DNA of 64,000 nt from the human T2T-CHM13v2.0 reference genome, Homo sapiens, in assembly GCF_009914755.1 (NCBI RefSeq), contig NC_060930.1; one strand, given 5' to 3'. The position numbers and the translations under genes were made by a program. Shown here in pieces: positions 1 through 15,832 of the stretch. The first letter of the stretch is position 1. The number at the start of each line of letters is the position of its first letter. Below the pieces are notes generated by a model. The model searched no databases, had not been told where the DNA came from, and saw only the letters and a list, made by a program, of their open reading frames with translations.

Positions 1-31
1 CTCCATCTCAAAAAAAAAAAAAAAAAAAAAA
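1..31 (+). mobile_element. 3' end and poly(A) tail of an Alu cut by the window edge
   Basis: CTCCATCTC followed by A22. Confidence 0.85.
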
Positions 32-2003
32 GAATAGCTTGCTTGTAAAAACTGTCTTAACAGACTTATCTCTGTTAGTTGTCTTCAAGTGATAAGTGAT
101 ACTTACATTTATCATAGACTTGGGAAAACTTAAAAGGGTGGACTAACCAATCTATGCTTCATGTGTTAGTTTTCTATTATATTTTAGATACCAAAATATT
201 AGCTTCATATAACTTCACTTTAAAAAGCCTATACATACTTACTAAAAGTAAATTCATTCATACCTAAAGATACATAGAATGCATTATCTCTCTCCTAAAC
301 CAGATATCCTCGTAGTTGATAAAATTTGGGCTTAGAAATCCTATTAACTCTAAGTTTCACTTAAGTTATCCTTGATTTCTGCTTCAATTTATAACTGATT
401 TTTATTTATGTCCTCAGGATGTTGCAAACCTCAAATGCTACTAAAAATTTAAAATTAAATTATATTGGTGTATTGTTTTTTAGTTACCTCATCTACAACA
501 TTTAATTTATTTGTCCAGGTCAGTATTGCACGTCTTTTATTAAAAGTGCTAGGGAACATGAATTATGTCTATATGATATTCTTTATAGAAGTTCCTTGGA
601 ATTTTTAGAGAAATTCTCTTTTAAAATGCTATCAGAATTATATCTAAATTGGGGCAGTCATGCTGCAACATAGCTTTGGAAAGGTGCAGACAGAGGCAAT
701 GAAGGATCAAAATATGTAGGTATTAGAGAAGCAACAAAACATAGAAACCCAAATATCAGGCAAAGAGGAAAAGAGGTCAATAAATTCCAAAGAAATCCAT
801 GATAGGAAAAGACAAAAGTGGCAAAGGTAGAGGTGACACTGCAGGTGAGGGCCTGAGGTAAACGTGGTTGTACATTCCAGGCTTGGATTGTTCTCTTTTA
901 TCACTTTAACATTCTGAAAAACTCGATCAGTGCAAATGCAGCCTCCTAGTCCCTTCAGCAAATCTTTGCAAATGCTCAGTAAGTTTCCATTTAAATACAT
1001 CACATAGATGTTTACATTCAGTAGAGAAATTTGAGAATTTTCATCAGGATATACAAAAATCGAGTTTGGAAGTTTGTGGTCTAACAAATCCTCCTACTCA
1101 AAAGCAAAGGTTTTATCATGAAAAAGGCTGTTCAAGAGGGAACAAAGGGACAGAGGTTTCAGAGACAATGGGAAACAGTGCACCCACCCAAACTTATCTA
1201 TGCTAGCTTTCTGGCCACACCTAATTGGACAAGACCAGATTTACATGCTTATTCAACTTGGTGTCACACAAAAGAGGAATTGTTTATTTCAATAACCACA
1301 CATTGGAATTCATGGTTTTGATATTTTTCAGGACTTCAAGACAGGCCCCCTGGGTAAGCAGAGTTCTTATTTCTGTCAATGGAATTTTTCCCTAGAGTTG
1401 ATGACGTTTTAAACTATAATTTTCCTTTTAGTTTATAGTTTTTCACTCTCTGCTATGCAATAAAAGCCATTGATCATATACTATATTTAACGCATTGTGC
1501 TCAGCATGGGTAGAAAGGGATGAATAAAACAAAATCCCTACCCTAAAGGAACTTAAAATGGGCAGTTATCTTTGGAAACAGACCATCACAGAGGCAAACA
1601 CATATTGCCACTCCAACAAAAATATTTAGGTTGTTAGTTGGTTCAACTTGCCACATTTATTAAGTGATTTGACCTATCAGAACAAATTTAAAAAGACATT
1701 TTATAAATATTATATAGAGACATACATATGCATAGTATATACAATTGTTACTATACTTTTGCAAAGTTAAAAGTGAAGCAAAATTATAAGTGGCTAGGCT
1801 CATTCTTGTCATTCATTTTTATTAAATTGCAAAGTACTAGAAATATAGAAATCAGCCCGAGATTAAAAATTAACAATAACAATAACTTGTGGTTTTTCTA
1901 TAACCACTACAATCCCCGTTCTCCAGTCATGCATCAACAAGGAGCTGCTAAGTCAATCTAATTTCCTTGTGAAATTCACTACCATCATGAGGTTTGTATT
2001 TTT

Positions 2004-2277
2004 CTTTTTTTTTTTTTTAACTTTAAGTTCTGGGATACGTGTGTAGAATGTGCAGGTTTGTTACATAGGAATACATGTGCCATGGTGGTTTGCTGCACCT
2101 ATCAACCCGTCATCTAGGTTTTAAGCCCTGAATGCATTAGGTATTTGTCCTAATGCTCTCCCTCCCCTTTCTCTGCAATCCCAGACAGGCCCCGATGTGT
2201 GATGTTCCCCTCCCTGTGTCCATGTATTCTCATTATTCAACTCCCACTTATGAGTGAGAACATGCAGTGTTTGGTTT
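2004..2277 (-). mobile_element. 5'-truncated L1PA-type LINE-1 3' end
   Basis: Poly(T), then the canonical L1 3' UTR complement (GTGCAGGTTTGTTACATAGG...CCCACTTATGAGTGAGAACATGCAGTG). TSD GGTTTGTATTTTT at 1991-2003 and 2273-2285. Confidence 0.92.
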
Positions 2278-4849
2278 GTATTTTTTTTTTAAAGTGAATC
2301 TAAAGAAAGATTCAGACAGCATGGCCAGGATAAAAGATACAATAGATGTTGAAGACTCATCCTGCTACCTTCAAACCATATCTGACAGTCATCTTATTGA
2401 TGTATTTTTGGGGTCCCTCCCAATGACATCCACCTCTATTGTCACACACAGGGAATGTATTATATTGAAGTATCAGGCCCTAGACAAATGGCAACTAGCA
2501 TATCTGCATCAGATCTATGCAGATGATCTTAGAACATATGGACAAAAATGGAAAGCTCATGTTCTAAAGTACATTGTCCTTGGCTTCAGAGAGTAAAGCC
2601 ACTTTATATTCATTCCTATGTGATCTGTGCTTAATATCTGGAGCAGCCTGAGATGGGAAGAGGATATGTAAATGAAATTTTCATCACTTACTGCAACTCA
2701 TACCTCATCCAAACGTATTTTACAAAAGCTAAGATACCCAATCTTCAACCAAATTAAGGTCTCTGGTCCCTTTACCCAGCTTTTCTCTCCTAGAATATTA
2801 ACTATCCCACCTCACACGCACTGTTTTAGTTGCTCCTGTGTACAGCCTATACCCCCGTAACACTTTTATTATGTTGTTACCAGTTTACAGTCCATGGTGC
2901 TTTTGCAGTGCCCATTTGGAAAGCCTCCAAATTTGTTTCAATGCAAGAAATCTAGCTTTTTGCTTTGTACACTCAGGAAACAAGGAGAAAACCATTCATT
3001 GTGAAAATTGTTGCCCCTACAATTTTATGGTTTCTGGCCTCAGCTGGACCTATGATGTTTTGCTTGACCCTGGTGTCTGCCCCATCACTCCTGTTTGCTC
3101 ATGTTAGCCCTTCCAAATTTTCACAACTTTTCTTAGGCTCTATGTTCTATCCCACTTGCCACAGCCCAGCAGATGATTTCCTCCTACCTCCCTACCTTGT
3201 TCTTGACTGCGCATTTACAGTAAGCTTACTGAAACATGATCGATCCTTCCCTCCATTTGCTTTGTTACTGTTTTGGTAAAGTCAGTTATCATTTCTTTCC
3301 TGGATTATTGCAATTTTCTAACTGATCTCCCTGCCTACAGTCTTGCCTTTTCCTGGCATCTGTTCCTTCCTATGCAGCATATTCATTCCCTCTAATCCTA
3401 CTTCCATATGCTGGTAACTCTCAAAACCATATCTCCTGCCCTGACTGATCTCCTGAAATACAGATCCATAGTTAGAACTACCCCTGAACATTTCCAAATG
3501 GATATACTGCAGGCTTCAAATGTCTAATATATCAAAAACTAAATTTTTTAAATTCCTGCCCTGCAGCCTACTCGCTCTTTGCACTAAGCTATTGAATTAA
3601 TAGTGCATGTTAGAATCTGTTAGTCATCGTGAGCTCTTTCCTCTTCCTCAACGATCTCCTCCAGACATCAAGTATAGTTACTAAGCATTGCTATTGCACT
3701 TCCCAAATCTCTCTTGAATATCATATCCTTTTCTCTGTAATCTTCTCTTACCAATGTTCAAGCCTTCATCATTTTTGGTTAGGATCATGAATATAGCCCA
3801 CTAACAATTTTTGCTTCCTCAAAGTCACTCCCCATTGGTGCATCTTCCCTAGGGACATCAGAGCAAAATTTTTTTAAAAAATAAATAATTCATTATAAAA
3901 AGGCTGGAAGTCTCTGATAAATCTTCTCACTACCATCTATAAAAACATGAAAGGATGATTAAAAAAACTGGTAATTAAGAAGGACAGTAAACTATACTAG
4001 AATTCAGAACGCATTTAGAAATAATAAGTCAAGGGCACTGCCAGAGTCTAAGTATGGCTGCCCACCAGAAAGGAGAAAGGAATATACATTTATTAGTACC
4101 TACTGTATGTTAAGCAATCTAGTAGATACTTTGGATAGGAAATTAATCACAACTCATTGGATCAAAAATATACTATGCAGAGGGGAGCACACAATATCCC
4201 TGACAGTAGGCACAGGTTTGAGAAGCCAGTAGAGGCTCCTTCCCACCTCCACCACCTAACCTCACCATTAGGAGCTCCCTGTTCAACTCTGGTCTAAGCC
4301 TCCAAGTTTAGAACTGTGCAGGCAATATAGTGTGGGCATAATATTAATGGCACATTTAATTCTAGAAGGTGTACTTCTTTAATTCTAGAAGGCATACAAG
4401 TAAGTCACTACAGGTATAGGTGGAGACAAGATTTGTGGGAGAAGGATATATTGCAGAATATAGTTTTTAATGTACATGTGTACATTACAGGCAGTGGAAT
4501 GTAAAAGTAAATTACATCTTAGAGAGTGACACTAGATAAACAGTTGTAGATAGTAAAAACTGGGAAAGAACTCCATACACCAACCAGTTATTATAGCCAC
4601 AGAGAAGTAGAATTAACCATCACTAAAATAAACAGACTCTGAAGCCAAAGGGAGAGGCACACATCCAGTGTGCTGACAAACACCAAAAGTGAGTGAATAG
4701 AAAAACAAAACTAATAAGAAAGATAAAAAGCTGGACTTCTGGGCAAAAAAAAGAATGACAGCTTGGAGAAGGTTACATTAAATTTAAGTTCCAGTAAAGA
4801 AATAGAACTTTAGAACATAAATTTAAACTATATATATGTATATATATAA

Positions 4850-5126
4850 TTTTTTTTTTCTAGATGAAGTCTGGCTCTGTTGCCTAGGCTGGAGCGCAGA
4901 GGTGCCATATCAGCTTACTCCACCTACCCGGTTCAAGCGATTCTCCTGCCTCAGCCTCCCCAGTAGCTGGGACTACAGGTACGTGCCACCATGCCTGTCT
5001 AATTTTTGTATTTTTAGTGGAGATGGGGTTTCACCATGTTGACCAGGCTGGTCTCAAACTCCTGACCTCAAGTGGTCCACCTACCTTGTTCTACCAAAGT
5101 GCAGGGATTACAGGCGTGAGCCGGGC
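4850..5126 (-). mobile_element. Alu (AluS-like, diverged)
   Basis: Alu complement with poly(T); degenerate TSD TTAAACT(A/G)TA(T/C)ATAT at 4823 and 5127. Confidence 0.93.
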
Positions 5127-5129
5127 TTA

Positions 5130-8030
5130 AACTGTACATATTTGTTATCTTAATTAGAACAAAAGAAGTCAGAACACTTATAAAATAGAAAAGAAAGCCA
5201 TAAGAGTGAGATTAAAAACCAGCAGAATCATAGGAAAGAGATACAGATGAAATGAGGAATGACTGCTTTCTTAAGCTAAAACGCAATAACAGAGATAAAA
5301 TCCACATTGGAAGGCATAAATGGCACTATCAGCACTGTAGGAACTCAAATTGGTGATGCAGTAAACATGTTAAAACAGTCTCCTGAAATATTGTAGAAAA
5401 AGAAGAAAACTAAAAGATAGATATGTAGGAGAGGTAATGAATGTCTAAATGAGCAACAATACTTAACATCTTTCATAGCATCAGAACATCTTTCAAAGCG
5501 TTTTACCAAAAAAAAAATATACATGCTGCACATTTAATTTGCTCAACAACTCATTCCTATAGGTATACATATTAAAACCAACTTAGAAGAGGTTAAAATG
5601 ACTAGCCCAAGGTCACAAAGTTCGTATGGAGAGAGCAATTATAATCAAGGTCATTTGACCCCAAAGTCAAATGTTAGTTACTATGATATAATGATCCTCA
5701 ATAAGAACATCTAGGGGGAAAAAAATCCAAAGGAAAAAAGAGAATTTAGCTTATAAACAACTAGAAAAGTTACATCGAACATCAGAATAAATCCATAAAA
5801 ATAAATACAAACTACACTAAAATTTTACATGATAAAAGTAAAGAAACAGGACAGCTTACACAGCTTTTTTTTCTGCAATAAAAATTGGCAAAAGCAGTTG
5901 GGAGAAAACTTTTTGAGCCAATAATTTAAAACTCAGCCAAGTTATTATTCATCTGTGAAGCCAACTGAAGCACATTCTTAGATACTCAAAGGTTCAGAAA
6001 TATACCACCCTTATAACATTTATTAAAAAAAAGACATACTCAAAAAATGTTTGCATTACAAGTTTAAGTAGAAACAGAGGTTATAAAACAATAGCTGTTA
6101 AAATATCATATTATGCCTCATAAATACATGCAATCATTATTTGTCAATTAGTAATTTAAAAAAAATAAAATACACATAATTTAAGCCATTTAAAATATAT
6201 TTACATATCTTTACAAATATGTAATATGCATAAAAATCTTTAAAGTTATATATCCAAATGTAAAGATATTTTAAAAGTTTTGATTTTTGTTTATTTGTTT
6301 TGGGTCAGTTTTTTCTTGTTTTTTTGTTTGGGTTTTTTGGCAACCAAGGAATTAACTAAAATTAGGAACTTAAGAATGAACAATGATAATATTAAAAAAT
6401 GATGGTAAGTGCTGAGCTGTATTAAACATAGAATCAAGTTGAAACATCCACTTGATAGTAAAACTAGGAACATACAAGAAAAATAATTATGTGCTAATAA
6501 TAATCAATTATAAAATCAATGTTTTTTTAAAATAGTACCTCAGTAGCAAAGGGCCAAATAGGGTAAAATAATCCCATATACTACATCATATGTGTGGCAT
6601 ATATGCTACCAAAAGAAAACAATACAAACGGAATCTTTTAGAAGAAGAAATTTTAGTGGCCAGTAAAAAAACAGAAAGCTATTTGTCCTCCTGAATTAAC
6701 AAAACACAAATTTAAAAAAAAGTAAAATGCTATTTTTCACGTGTGAACTTGGCATGAAGTATAAATTTTTTTTTTATAACATCCAGTGCTGTTGGAAGTA
6801 TAGGTAAAATGAGTCACAGTAAAAGCCTGTACATGATGAGAGATGCAAGGCTTAGGAATATCTAGTAAAATTTGCAATGTGTGCAACATTCACCCCCAGC
6901 AACCTCACTCATAGTACTTCGTTATCCCCAAGAAATATTTGAACATGAGCATACAGAAGTATTTGTAAAAATATTTTGGGGGGACATTATTTGTAACAGC
7001 AAAAAAGGTAAAGCTTGGCTCTTACTGCTTTGTTGGGGAGAATGAGCAGGCTGAGCGGAGGGTATGCAATCCCAGGGCAGCAAGAGTGAGAGAAATAGGA
7101 AACTGAGGCAGGGAAGCCAGAAAAGTAAAAACAATGTGGGTCAGTGTGAAGCTGGCATTGCCTCACAGGAAGCATAGCAGGCCATATGGAGCACCTCCGT
7201 GTTGGAGCAGTTGGGAGCTGGATGGGAAGTGGACTAGAAAACAAGTCCTCACGTCTCCTATTCTTCATTGGTCAACTCTTCCTCACAAGTGCCTGAATTT
7301 CTGGCTTGTATTAGTCACCCTCTTTGAATAGTCAGATCTCATGCCCAATACTCAGTGCTGATGTGAACGCAGAACCAGTGGAGAGAGACAGAATTGTCGG
7401 GCATTTAGTTAAGCTGAGCCCAGTTTAGATTCTGCTGCAGGTCCCCCTTCTTCAGGTGCAACGAACCTTGACTTCTTGCCAGGACAACCTGAGACAACAA
7501 GTGATATTTGGGGTGAGGTGACTCCTCAGTAACATAGCCAAAGATCTCTACTGAGAAAGTGGCTAAGACCCTGGGAAGCAGGCAGGGCCAAGTGAATCTG
7601 GGAAGGTGCATAAATGTTTAATTCTATAATGTGTTTATTAAATTATGTAAATATGCTAAGTTCAGAATTAAAACTGAATAACTAAACAAAGCTACTAATA
7701 TATTTTTAACTTCACTAATAAGGGAAACAATAAAACTAAAATGTTTTCTTAAATGAAAGTTTATCACTAGTAGAATTAAAAAATGGGATACTTACTTTCC
7801 AAATTTCTAAACAAGTAAAAACTAAAATGTAGTTCATAACAGAAATAAAAAGAGACTGCAAGGAAGCACAAAATTAGGAGGCATTAAAAAATACCAAAAA
7901 GAAAGATCATACATTTCAATTATGCTAAATGCTTAACACCCCATCAGGAGGCAAGGAGACATAGATAATATTAAAGCAAACAAATAAACCAATATCCAAA
8001 TACTTATTGGCAAAACACTCCTCATCAGTT
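5130..8030 (+). mobile_element. Fragmented ancient L1M-type LINE-1, interrupted by a MIR-like piece (about 5560-5680) and an ERVL-type LTR (about 7020-7610)
   Basis: Strong A-bias on the + strand with L1 ORF1/ORF2/3'-like phrases; a GC-richer LTR33/LTR16-like insert. Recognised by eye only. Confidence 0.45.
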
Positions 8031-8232
8031 CTTAGACCTCTCAATGCACAAACTAAGATATTACTTTCATCTAATAATGCAAAGTATTGCTAGCTGTCAA
8101 TAGAGAGCCCAAAGATGCATAGATAAATATAAATCTATGCAGAAAATCTGTTATTCAGATTTTAGAGTCTATGCAGAAAATCTGTTGGCCAGGGCTGAGC
8201 AATCTGGAAGTCTGACTCTAAATACTCCTTTA

Positions 8233-8604
<372 letters not shown>

Positions 8605-10994
8605 CTATCTACAGCAGTAAAAATTCTAGTCTACTTTCTTGGTTTTTAGTACTGGGGAGATGCAAAAAGTATCATTTTTGAAATCACAGAAACCATGGTA
8701 ACATTGGGATTTTTCAACGGAGTGGAGAGAGGAAGAATGGAGGAAGAGTGTGAATCCTTGTGCTGATGAAGAAGATGCATTGGGAGCTTTGCTTTTCTGT
8801 GTTTTTGATTTTTAAAAATCTTGACACAAGACTCAACATAAGTATAAAGACAACAAGACAAATTCACCAGTAATAATTCAAATAAGACTTTTAAAGAGAA
8901 TTTACTATGATTAAGTTCCTTATTTTTTAATATTTTTATTTTTGTGGGCACATTGTAGGTGTATACATAAGTTCCTTATTTCTCTGTCTCTGCATGTGCA
9001 CCAACACAGCTTTTTTCTTCAAATATTTTTATTTTTTCTAGATTATTATAAATGAAACTTATCTTATTCTTCTCTATGTCAAGAATCTTTAGCAAATTTT
9101 CCAAAGTCATTATCTACATGTTTGAGATAATCATTGCAGTTTAGAAATGTACATCTTCCTTCAAAGTCCATATCATTCATCTTTAGAAAAATGTTCAGTT
9201 ACAATGAAAGATAGTTATTTAATATTTTTCTGTTCCTTTATTTCTCTCTTTGGTATGAACTTCACCCAGAAACATATAAAATATGATGAGCAAAAAACAT
9301 ACACCCAGGTTAAAAACAGCAAAGACTACCAGAAACTTTTTCATGGCTATAAGTATCCCACAGATTACATGAAGAATATTCTTAACGGCATTAATTTTTT
9401 TCCCGAAGAATGATCTTGACACTGGCCTTATATGTCTTTGTAGATAAACATAATAGCTATGATATGTTCAGTTTTAGATTGTGAAAATAACTTTAGGCAT
9501 TAATGTCTCCTTATTTCAAGATATTAGTCTTGAAATATCAACTTGTCAGTTCCAGACTTTAAAAGAAAAAGAAAGGGAAGGAAGAAGGAAGGAAAAAAGG
9601 AAGGAAATGATGATGCACAAGGCCCTCCTTTCCAAAAGTTTCAACCCCACCACTTGACATTTATCATCAGAGATTTAAGCCTTTGCAATTACCAAGCGAG
9701 GGGATTCCACAGTGTAAGCTAATACTCAAAAGAAATGAAATGGCAGCCGCTTGAAGAAAGAAATACAGAAAAGCTAAAATAGAAGATGAAGAGGATAAAC
9801 TCCACATGTTACTCTTTCCCCTGGATAAAATTCCATGTGTTGATTAAGGGAAAAGAACAGAGAGAATTAAACCAAATAAATTATGCATTGTGCACCTACT
9901 ATATAAATGCCTTGTATGACTGTGGGCTGAAAGGAAGAAACAAAAAGTAGAAATTAAAGTAGAAAGATAGGGAGAAGGCATAATAGAAATAAAAGCTACA
10001 CAGTACCTAAGAGGCTATTGAAGAAAATCCTAACACATACTTGCACTGAATGTGAGAATTTCTAATTGCACACCCAACTCTATTTGGAGATTTGGTCCTT
10101 TTGAGATATACAAAGAAATTGGTACCTGATGAGAAAAATGCTGGCTGCTCCTCATCATCAAGAGCTATAGAAGATTAACGGTGTAAAATTGTATGAAAAT
10201 CTTTAAAAAACATTCACTCAAACTCTGTTTCGGGTAGATACCAACCTAAAAGTTGACAAAGGAAAAAACTGAAGCTGTATGAGTTCTTAAAATTAGTTTG
10301 CATGTACAAGTTAGAAAGAAATAATACCAAGCATTTTTCCTCCCTCCCTTCCTAAAAAGAAAATTTGCTAAAAGTGTCTCCTCACAAACATAAGAACTAT
10401 AAAGTCTGAGGAACTGCAATTGATGGTCTCATTAAAATGAACTACATGTCTATTTAAATAATTTTTCAAAAACTAGATATTTTAAGCAGCATTCTTTTAT
10501 TGATTTTTGTCAGCAGATTTGTGTTGAATATTTACTATTAGCAAATCCCATTGCTTAAAATGGAGAATGTAAAGTTTAGATCCCTTGATCTCTACACCTA
10601 CTTAAGGAGTTTGAGTTTCATTGACAAGTAAGACATGTTCCAGAAACAACTATAAGGTAAGGCAGAAAGTGATAGTGCCAAAAGAAAAGTAACAGCAAAA
10701 TTTGAGTGAAGTTCAGAGAAAGTAGAAATCATTCTTATAGTGTTAAGAAGGGACAAGGAGTGTTTCATGGAGTTCACATCAGCTGAGTTGCGTCTAAAGA
10801 GCATGTGAGGTTTCTATAACTGTAAATAGAAGCTCAGTAAACATCAAGTGAAAGAAATAGTGCAATAAAAGGAACAAACGTTTTAAAAAGTACAGGAGAT
10901 ATATGGCAGAAGTACATGTAATCCAGTTGTGCATGATACAAGAATATTTAGAACAAAAGTATATTAAAAACAAAATGCTAGACTTCCAAGATTT

Positions 10995-11283
<289 letters not shown>

Positions 11284-12720
11284 AGACTTCCAAGATTTCT
11301 CCAGGAGCTACTGGCTCATACCCAGATCTTCAAGATACACTTTTATACAAACCATAAACTTTCTTCTATCGAAATAATATCATAAAACTTAGACCTGAGA
11401 CCTTCTAGCTCAAAATTCCGTTTTAGTACAATTGAAAAACTGAATTTCAAAGAGGTTAAGAGGTGTTTCCAAGTTCACACAGCTAACTAATGGCATTATT
11501 GAGACCCATATTGTAGTTTATTATTCCATTCGGGAAGGAGTAGTTTTTCCTGGCCTGTAAATACTCTTTTACTCCACATCCTACCTTTCACTCTCTCCCT
11601 ATTCATGCCTAAGTATGCATTGGTTCACATGCTGACCCAAGCAGTCTGTGACCAAGGGAAGGGGTATTTTCTCTGTAAGTGGCTAAATGGTTCACACATG
11701 GAATCAGTCTCTACCTTGGCCTCATTAGATCCCGGTTCTAACCAATTCCTGGACTGCATCCTTATTAACTAAGAGGGCCAAAACAGATTGTCACCAAGAA
11801 GAGGAAGTTATTTTTAAAAAACCAACAGCACTTGAAATGCATTAAACATAACTTTCTTAGATTTGACTCCCTCTAGAGTATGTTGATGGGAAAGACTTGA
11901 TCCAGTAAATTCTTTCTCAATACACATTTTAAAATGTGGAGCATTCATGCTACGAAACTATCTGTTCCAACCTCCAAAAAAAAAAAAAAAAAAAAAAACT
12001 ACAAGTTGTCTTAAAAAGAAAAAAAAGAAAAAACAATATTCAGTCTTTATTAATGGACACAGCTAAAATGTTTCTGCTAAGTCAACTACTGATTTGTAAC
12101 TCCAACTCATTCATCTACTAGTGCCAGGACCAGAGATCTCTAAAGGAAAGTAATTAACTACTGGTTCTGTAATATAAAGTAAAAAAATTCCAAATTTGCA
12201 GTAATAGCTTTTTTAGTATGAATCAGATAATGTTTTAATGAATTAGCATTTAATACATGCCATCAAATCAAATAAACCTGTCATGAAACATTTATGTCTA
12301 CAATTTAAAGTTTACTAACCAAATTCAATGAAATTTGGCCTCTCATGTCTCTGATGAACACATATTCACTTGCAAATATGCAAGTTACATGTTTCTTTAT
12401 GGCAAGACATACATGTATTAATTTTATATTGCAAAAAAAAGCGCAAAATCAGAGAGTTGCTTAATTCTTCTAAACTCTTAAAACTTGAATACATTTAAGA
12501 GTTGTTTTACATGTTTTGCATTTTCAACCTCAGGCAGACTTATTCAACATAACAAAAATGTTCTCAATGTTACACTGAAGCATTCTGTACCATATATTAA
12601 TTATAATAAAAAATGTTCATGAAATCCCTCATAGGAATAATACTCACTCGAGGATAATCAAGTTACATCAGATCTTTTTTCTCCTTTCCCATTCTTGCAG
12701 GGAACCCACATTTTAAAAAA

Positions 12721-12754
12721 CATACGCACATACACATACACACACACACACACA
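12721..12754. repeat. Imperfect (CA)n microsatellite
   Basis: CATACGCACATACACATACACACACACACACACA. Confidence 0.85.
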
Positions 12755-14914
12755 TAATGTTTACCTATAGATCTATTTGTGAGCTCTGATGATCTTCCAC
12801 TATCTTATGTTGATAGACCCTATTACAGTGTTTAATACCTACCACTTCAAAATTTAAATAGTTACATAAAGAAACTTGGAAATAATATGGGAAAGAAACC
12901 ATAAAATCTTAAGTTGAATAACACCTTAACACTTATCTGTATTTATGCAGGAATTCTTCTACTCCATAGGAGAAACACATTTCCTTTTAGACAAAATGAC
13001 CACTTATATAATTTTCTCTCTGGAATGTTCCTCCCAGTCATGAAAGCTCTTGCTTGGCCTTGGGTCCCCAGCTATTAGTTGATTAGTAAAGTGCTTTGGC
13101 TTGTCTACTAATATTAATAATTAACTTGATTGATTAATATACATTAAAGGGGTAGAGGAAAGTCAGCTGGTGGGAACCTCTGAAGGACTGGTTATTTATT
13201 TGAACACTATGGTGCATTAAGAGTTCATTTTGACTTCTGTGAATTCTACCAGGCAGATAATTGCTCACCTTCTACAGAACTGAGAAAAAAACCTCCAGTC
13301 ATGCACAAGTTGCAAAATATCGTGACTAATCCTTATAACGTTGTATTACACAGTTGCATAGTGGCTCCTGATGTCAATTGACCATTTCCCATTCCACAGA
13401 CAGGACTCACTTGACTTTCTGTTTATTTAAGTGACACTTGTTTGAAATTCTGGGTGCTTCTTATCCCTTTGAGTCACACACTGTGTCTCAGAGCCTCTGG
13501 TACTTTTAGCACCTAATTAATTACTAACTCTAGCAAAGTCCTGCTGTTTTGCAACTCTCTGTCTTTGTTGGGAAATCACAACCCCTTGCTAGAATGAGAA
13601 GGCAAGAAAATAGTTATCAACCAAATATCCAGTTTGGGTCCATATTACAAAAGCGAATTACCTTAGGGTCTTTTAATTCCTCTAGATATTCAAACTAGAA
13701 AGGATAACTTATTGTGTCTCTAAACTTCCTTTAAGTTTAGCATCAAAGGAAATTCAAAAAAATATGTTTTTTAATTGCATTTGCATTCAGCTATTATTCA
13801 GAGAAGTTAAATAATCATTAAAGTTTTACAGTGAGAATTGGTAATGAAATACAAAAATAGTCTCTTAGTTCACACTGGCAAGTTTTCTAGGGATAGCACA
13901 AAGCACAATGCCCACAGGCATAACAGCACTCTCAACTCCTTTAACACTTACCATCCAAATCTCCCATTTGTCTGTCAACATATCCTCTGCTCCATTGTTA
14001 CTAATTTTTTTGTGCATATAAGTTCTGACACCTCTGACTCCAAATAAATTTTAAGCACTTCAGAAGCGGAGGCTCTATCCTCTATTTTCTATCTGCAGCA
14101 CCTAGTAGAGTACTCCGCGTATTTTTTTAAGTAGATATTTAAAACACATGGTATTTCTCCTACTGCAAAATATAAATAAAACTATAAATAATTCTATAAA
14201 TCAATGCATGGTCTTAAAAAATTCTTGAAATACAACTTAACATAATTTTATGAAAAAGAATTTCTCAAACCAACCCGGTACTCTATATCAAGACAGCAGA
14301 TACATTGAACAAATGCAATGAGTATGTATTATAATGCATTATAATGTGTTATAATCAATACCAGTATTAGAAACGTGTTATTGACTTTTGTGTTACATTT
14401 ACCAGTAGAGAGACTACACATTCTCGAAATTGGTATTCCTCAAACTGAGAATCACATAAGCAAAGAAAGAATCCAAAGGACAGCTTCCCACAGTCCTACA
14501 GAATACTGACTCATTCCCTTTGTAATGAACCAGAAGACTCTCAGTCAAGTTACCCATTCTGACTTGATCTCTCTCTTCCCCCAAACCATGGTTATCGTCT
14601 CTGAAATGTGCCCTTTCAACACCAGTCCTTTCTCAAACAAAGAGATTTACAGTTGTTGGGAATCATTCACTCATCTAAGTGCAGCAGTGGCTCTTGATAG
14701 TGACAAAGGGATTCAGGCTGATTTGAGTCCCACCTCCACCTCTGCCCCCACCCTATTGGATATTTTGGAATCTATTTCTCATCTCACATTATTTCTTTCC
14801 TTTCCATGTTTGTCTCCCTACTTTGTGACTCCACTGCCTCTTGTCCTTTGGTGAAGGATGTAAGGACACAGGAAAAAATGAGTTCCCACAAGGTCACCAG
14901 ATGAAAGAAATAGA

Positions 14915-15715
<801 letters not shown>

Positions 15716-15790
15716 GCCTATTAAACTGAATATTTTGGGGAATGGAGACAGAGCTAAAGCTACTGATCACTCACTCACCCTCCCTCCCCA

Positions 15791-15791
<1 letters not shown>

Positions 15792-15830
<39 letters not shown>
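15792..15830. repeat. (CA)19 microsatellite
   Basis: Perfect dinucleotide run. Confidence 0.97.

Positions 15831-15832
<2 letters not shown>

Noticed and set aside
9512-9537. Short perfect inverted repeats (TATTTCAAGA-6nt-TCTTGAAATA; also the 18-bp palindrome at 14328-14345) and small duplications at 4355-4392 and 57097-57129
   Set aside because: Short and AT-rich; a few are expected in 64 kb and none has supporting context.
11976-12032. Orphan A23 and A-rich tract as a processed-pseudogene tail
   Set aside because: No upstream poly(A) signal, recognisable mRNA or convincing TSD; most likely slippage expansion.
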